Assembly (NCBI RefSeq): GCF_003710935.1
Contig: NZ_RHHS01000047.1
Coordinates: 65,648-97,647, forward strand
Length of the DNA: 32,000 nt
Source: Brevibacillus gelatini
Lineage (GTDB): Bacteria > Bacillota > Bacilli > Brevibacillales > Brevibacillaceae
Direction: 5' to 3'
Shown here: piece by piece, positions 31,245 through 32,000 of the stretch
Layout: each line of letters begins with the position of its first letter
How positions within the stretch are numbered: position 1 is the first letter of the stretch
The notes under the pieces: generated by a model
Seen by the model: only the letters and a program-made list of their open reading frames with translations
Told to the model about the DNA's origin: nothing
The model's database searches: none
Made by a program: the position numbers and the translations under genes

Positions 31245-32000
31245 ATGAAAAATTTGAAAATAGCGGTTCTGCTGGCGGTGTTAAGCGCAATCGGCTTTCT
31301 TGCGGCCACTCCTTATTTGCTGACGATGATCGGGGATGCGATCGCCATGGTGCCTCTTCCGGTGCCGGCTGTCATTGCATTGTTTGTTTTGCAGGGCGGC
31401 ATCACGGCATTTCTGCTTGCGTGGGCCGGATTGACATTGGCAGGCAAGGTCGGGCTCGATGCGCCAATCTTGCGGAACTGGCTGTATAAAACGGGGGGAG
31501 CATCCTTTACCGGACCAGGAATCGTACAGGCGGTCATCTTTGGGCTGATCGGCACGCTGCTGATCTATTTGCTGGAACGGCAAATTTTCCAGCCGCTGCT
31601 GCCGATTCTCGCGGAAAAGGCCCAGGACTTGAACACACCGGTTTGGGCGGGGGTCTTGACGGCGATTCAAGGCGGCGTGTACGAGGAAGTAATGGTGCGG
31701 CTGTTCATGATGACACTCGTCGTCTGGATATTGAGCAAGCTGTTCGAGCGCAAGTCTGCTCCCCAGGCCTGGATGTACTGGGCCGGAATCATCACAGCAG
31801 CCTTTTTGTTCGGACTTGGCCATCTTCCTGCGGCGTCCGTCTATTTTGGCGAGATTACACCGCTCTTGTTCGTGCGGACGATTGCCTTGAACGGGGTGGC
31901 AGGCATATTGTTCGGCTACCTGTACTGGAAACGCGGGCTGGAGTACGCCATGGTTGCTCACGCGATAGGGGATATCCTGCTTCACGGCTTTTTAAGCTGA
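31245..32000 (+). CDS. CPBP-family intramembrane glutamic endopeptidase (CAAX protease/bacteriocin-processing, Abi-like)
   Basis: ATG 31245 follows GAGGAGGA. The CPBP motifs are present in order: EEVMVR (E-E-x-x-x-R), FGLGH (F-x-x-x-H) and HAIGD (H-x-x-x-D/N). The stop falls at the last base of the window. Confidence 0.85.
   Translation: MKNLKIAVLLAVLSAIGFLAATPYLLTMIGDAIAMVPLPVPAVIALFVLQGGITAFLLAWAGLTLAGKVGLDAPILRNWLYKTGGASFTGPGIVQAVIFGLIGTLLIYLLERQIFQPLLPILAEKAQDLNTPVWAGVLTAIQGGVYEEVMVRLFMMTLVVWILSKLFERKSAPQAWMYWAGIITAAFLFGLGHLPAASVYFGEITPLLFVRTIALNGVAGILFGYLYWKRGLEYAMVAHAIGDILLHGFLS

Overview
This is a 32-kb chromosomal window from a roughly 54% GC endospore-forming Bacillales genome. The spore genes tlp, kapB, yaaH/sleL and a ylaJ-like gene support this, and the proteins look Brevibacillus/Paenibacillaceae-like, but the taxon is inference. 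About 40 CDS are supported and most are core functions. I saw no rRNA, tRNA, CRISPR array, transposase or integrase.

Gene order, left to right:
- A GNAT acetyltransferase, cut by the left edge and absent from the ORF track.
- Minus-strand genes for a YkgJ Cys-cluster protein, an O-methyltransferase and several tiny membrane proteins.
- A YhcN/YlaJ spore lipoprotein and a bile-acid:Na+ symporter-family transporter.
- A block of small accessory-looking genes: YolD-like, a His/Tyr/Ser-rich basic peptide, a relic ABC Walker-A fragment, a small HTH-like protein and DUF952.
- tlp, mnmA and an ACT/SdaAB-like protein, then an esterase on the minus strand.
- nrdI-nrdE-nrdF behind a cobalamin riboswitch.
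- brnQ, an SgcJ-like NTF2 protein, a YhfL/LcfB-like acyl-CoA synthetase, a thioredoxin-like protein, the YaaH/SleL LysM-GH18 spore enzyme, AlaX and kapB.
- A TPP-riboswitch operon that joins thiS-thiG to the formylaminopyrimidine salvage set (ylmB-tenA-thiZ-thiX-thiY).
- An SdpR-like/SdpI-like/CPBP-protease trio at the right edge.

The least explained sequence is non-coding:
- A 0.5-kb ORF-free gap (3545-4057) holds three same-strand intrinsic terminators, each with a promoter-like element ahead of it.
- A promoter plus roughly 57-nt plus terminator unit lies at 6680-6770.
- A perfect 17-bp inverted repeat made of two CTTTGCAAAG palindromes lies at 19972-20014.
- NrdR-box-like repeats are stacked on the B12 riboswitch.

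Many long ORFs in the track are antisense shadows of real genes, as expected at this GC content, and were rejected. Several track ORFs have N-terminal extensions that I trimmed using Shine-Dalgarno (SD) positions.
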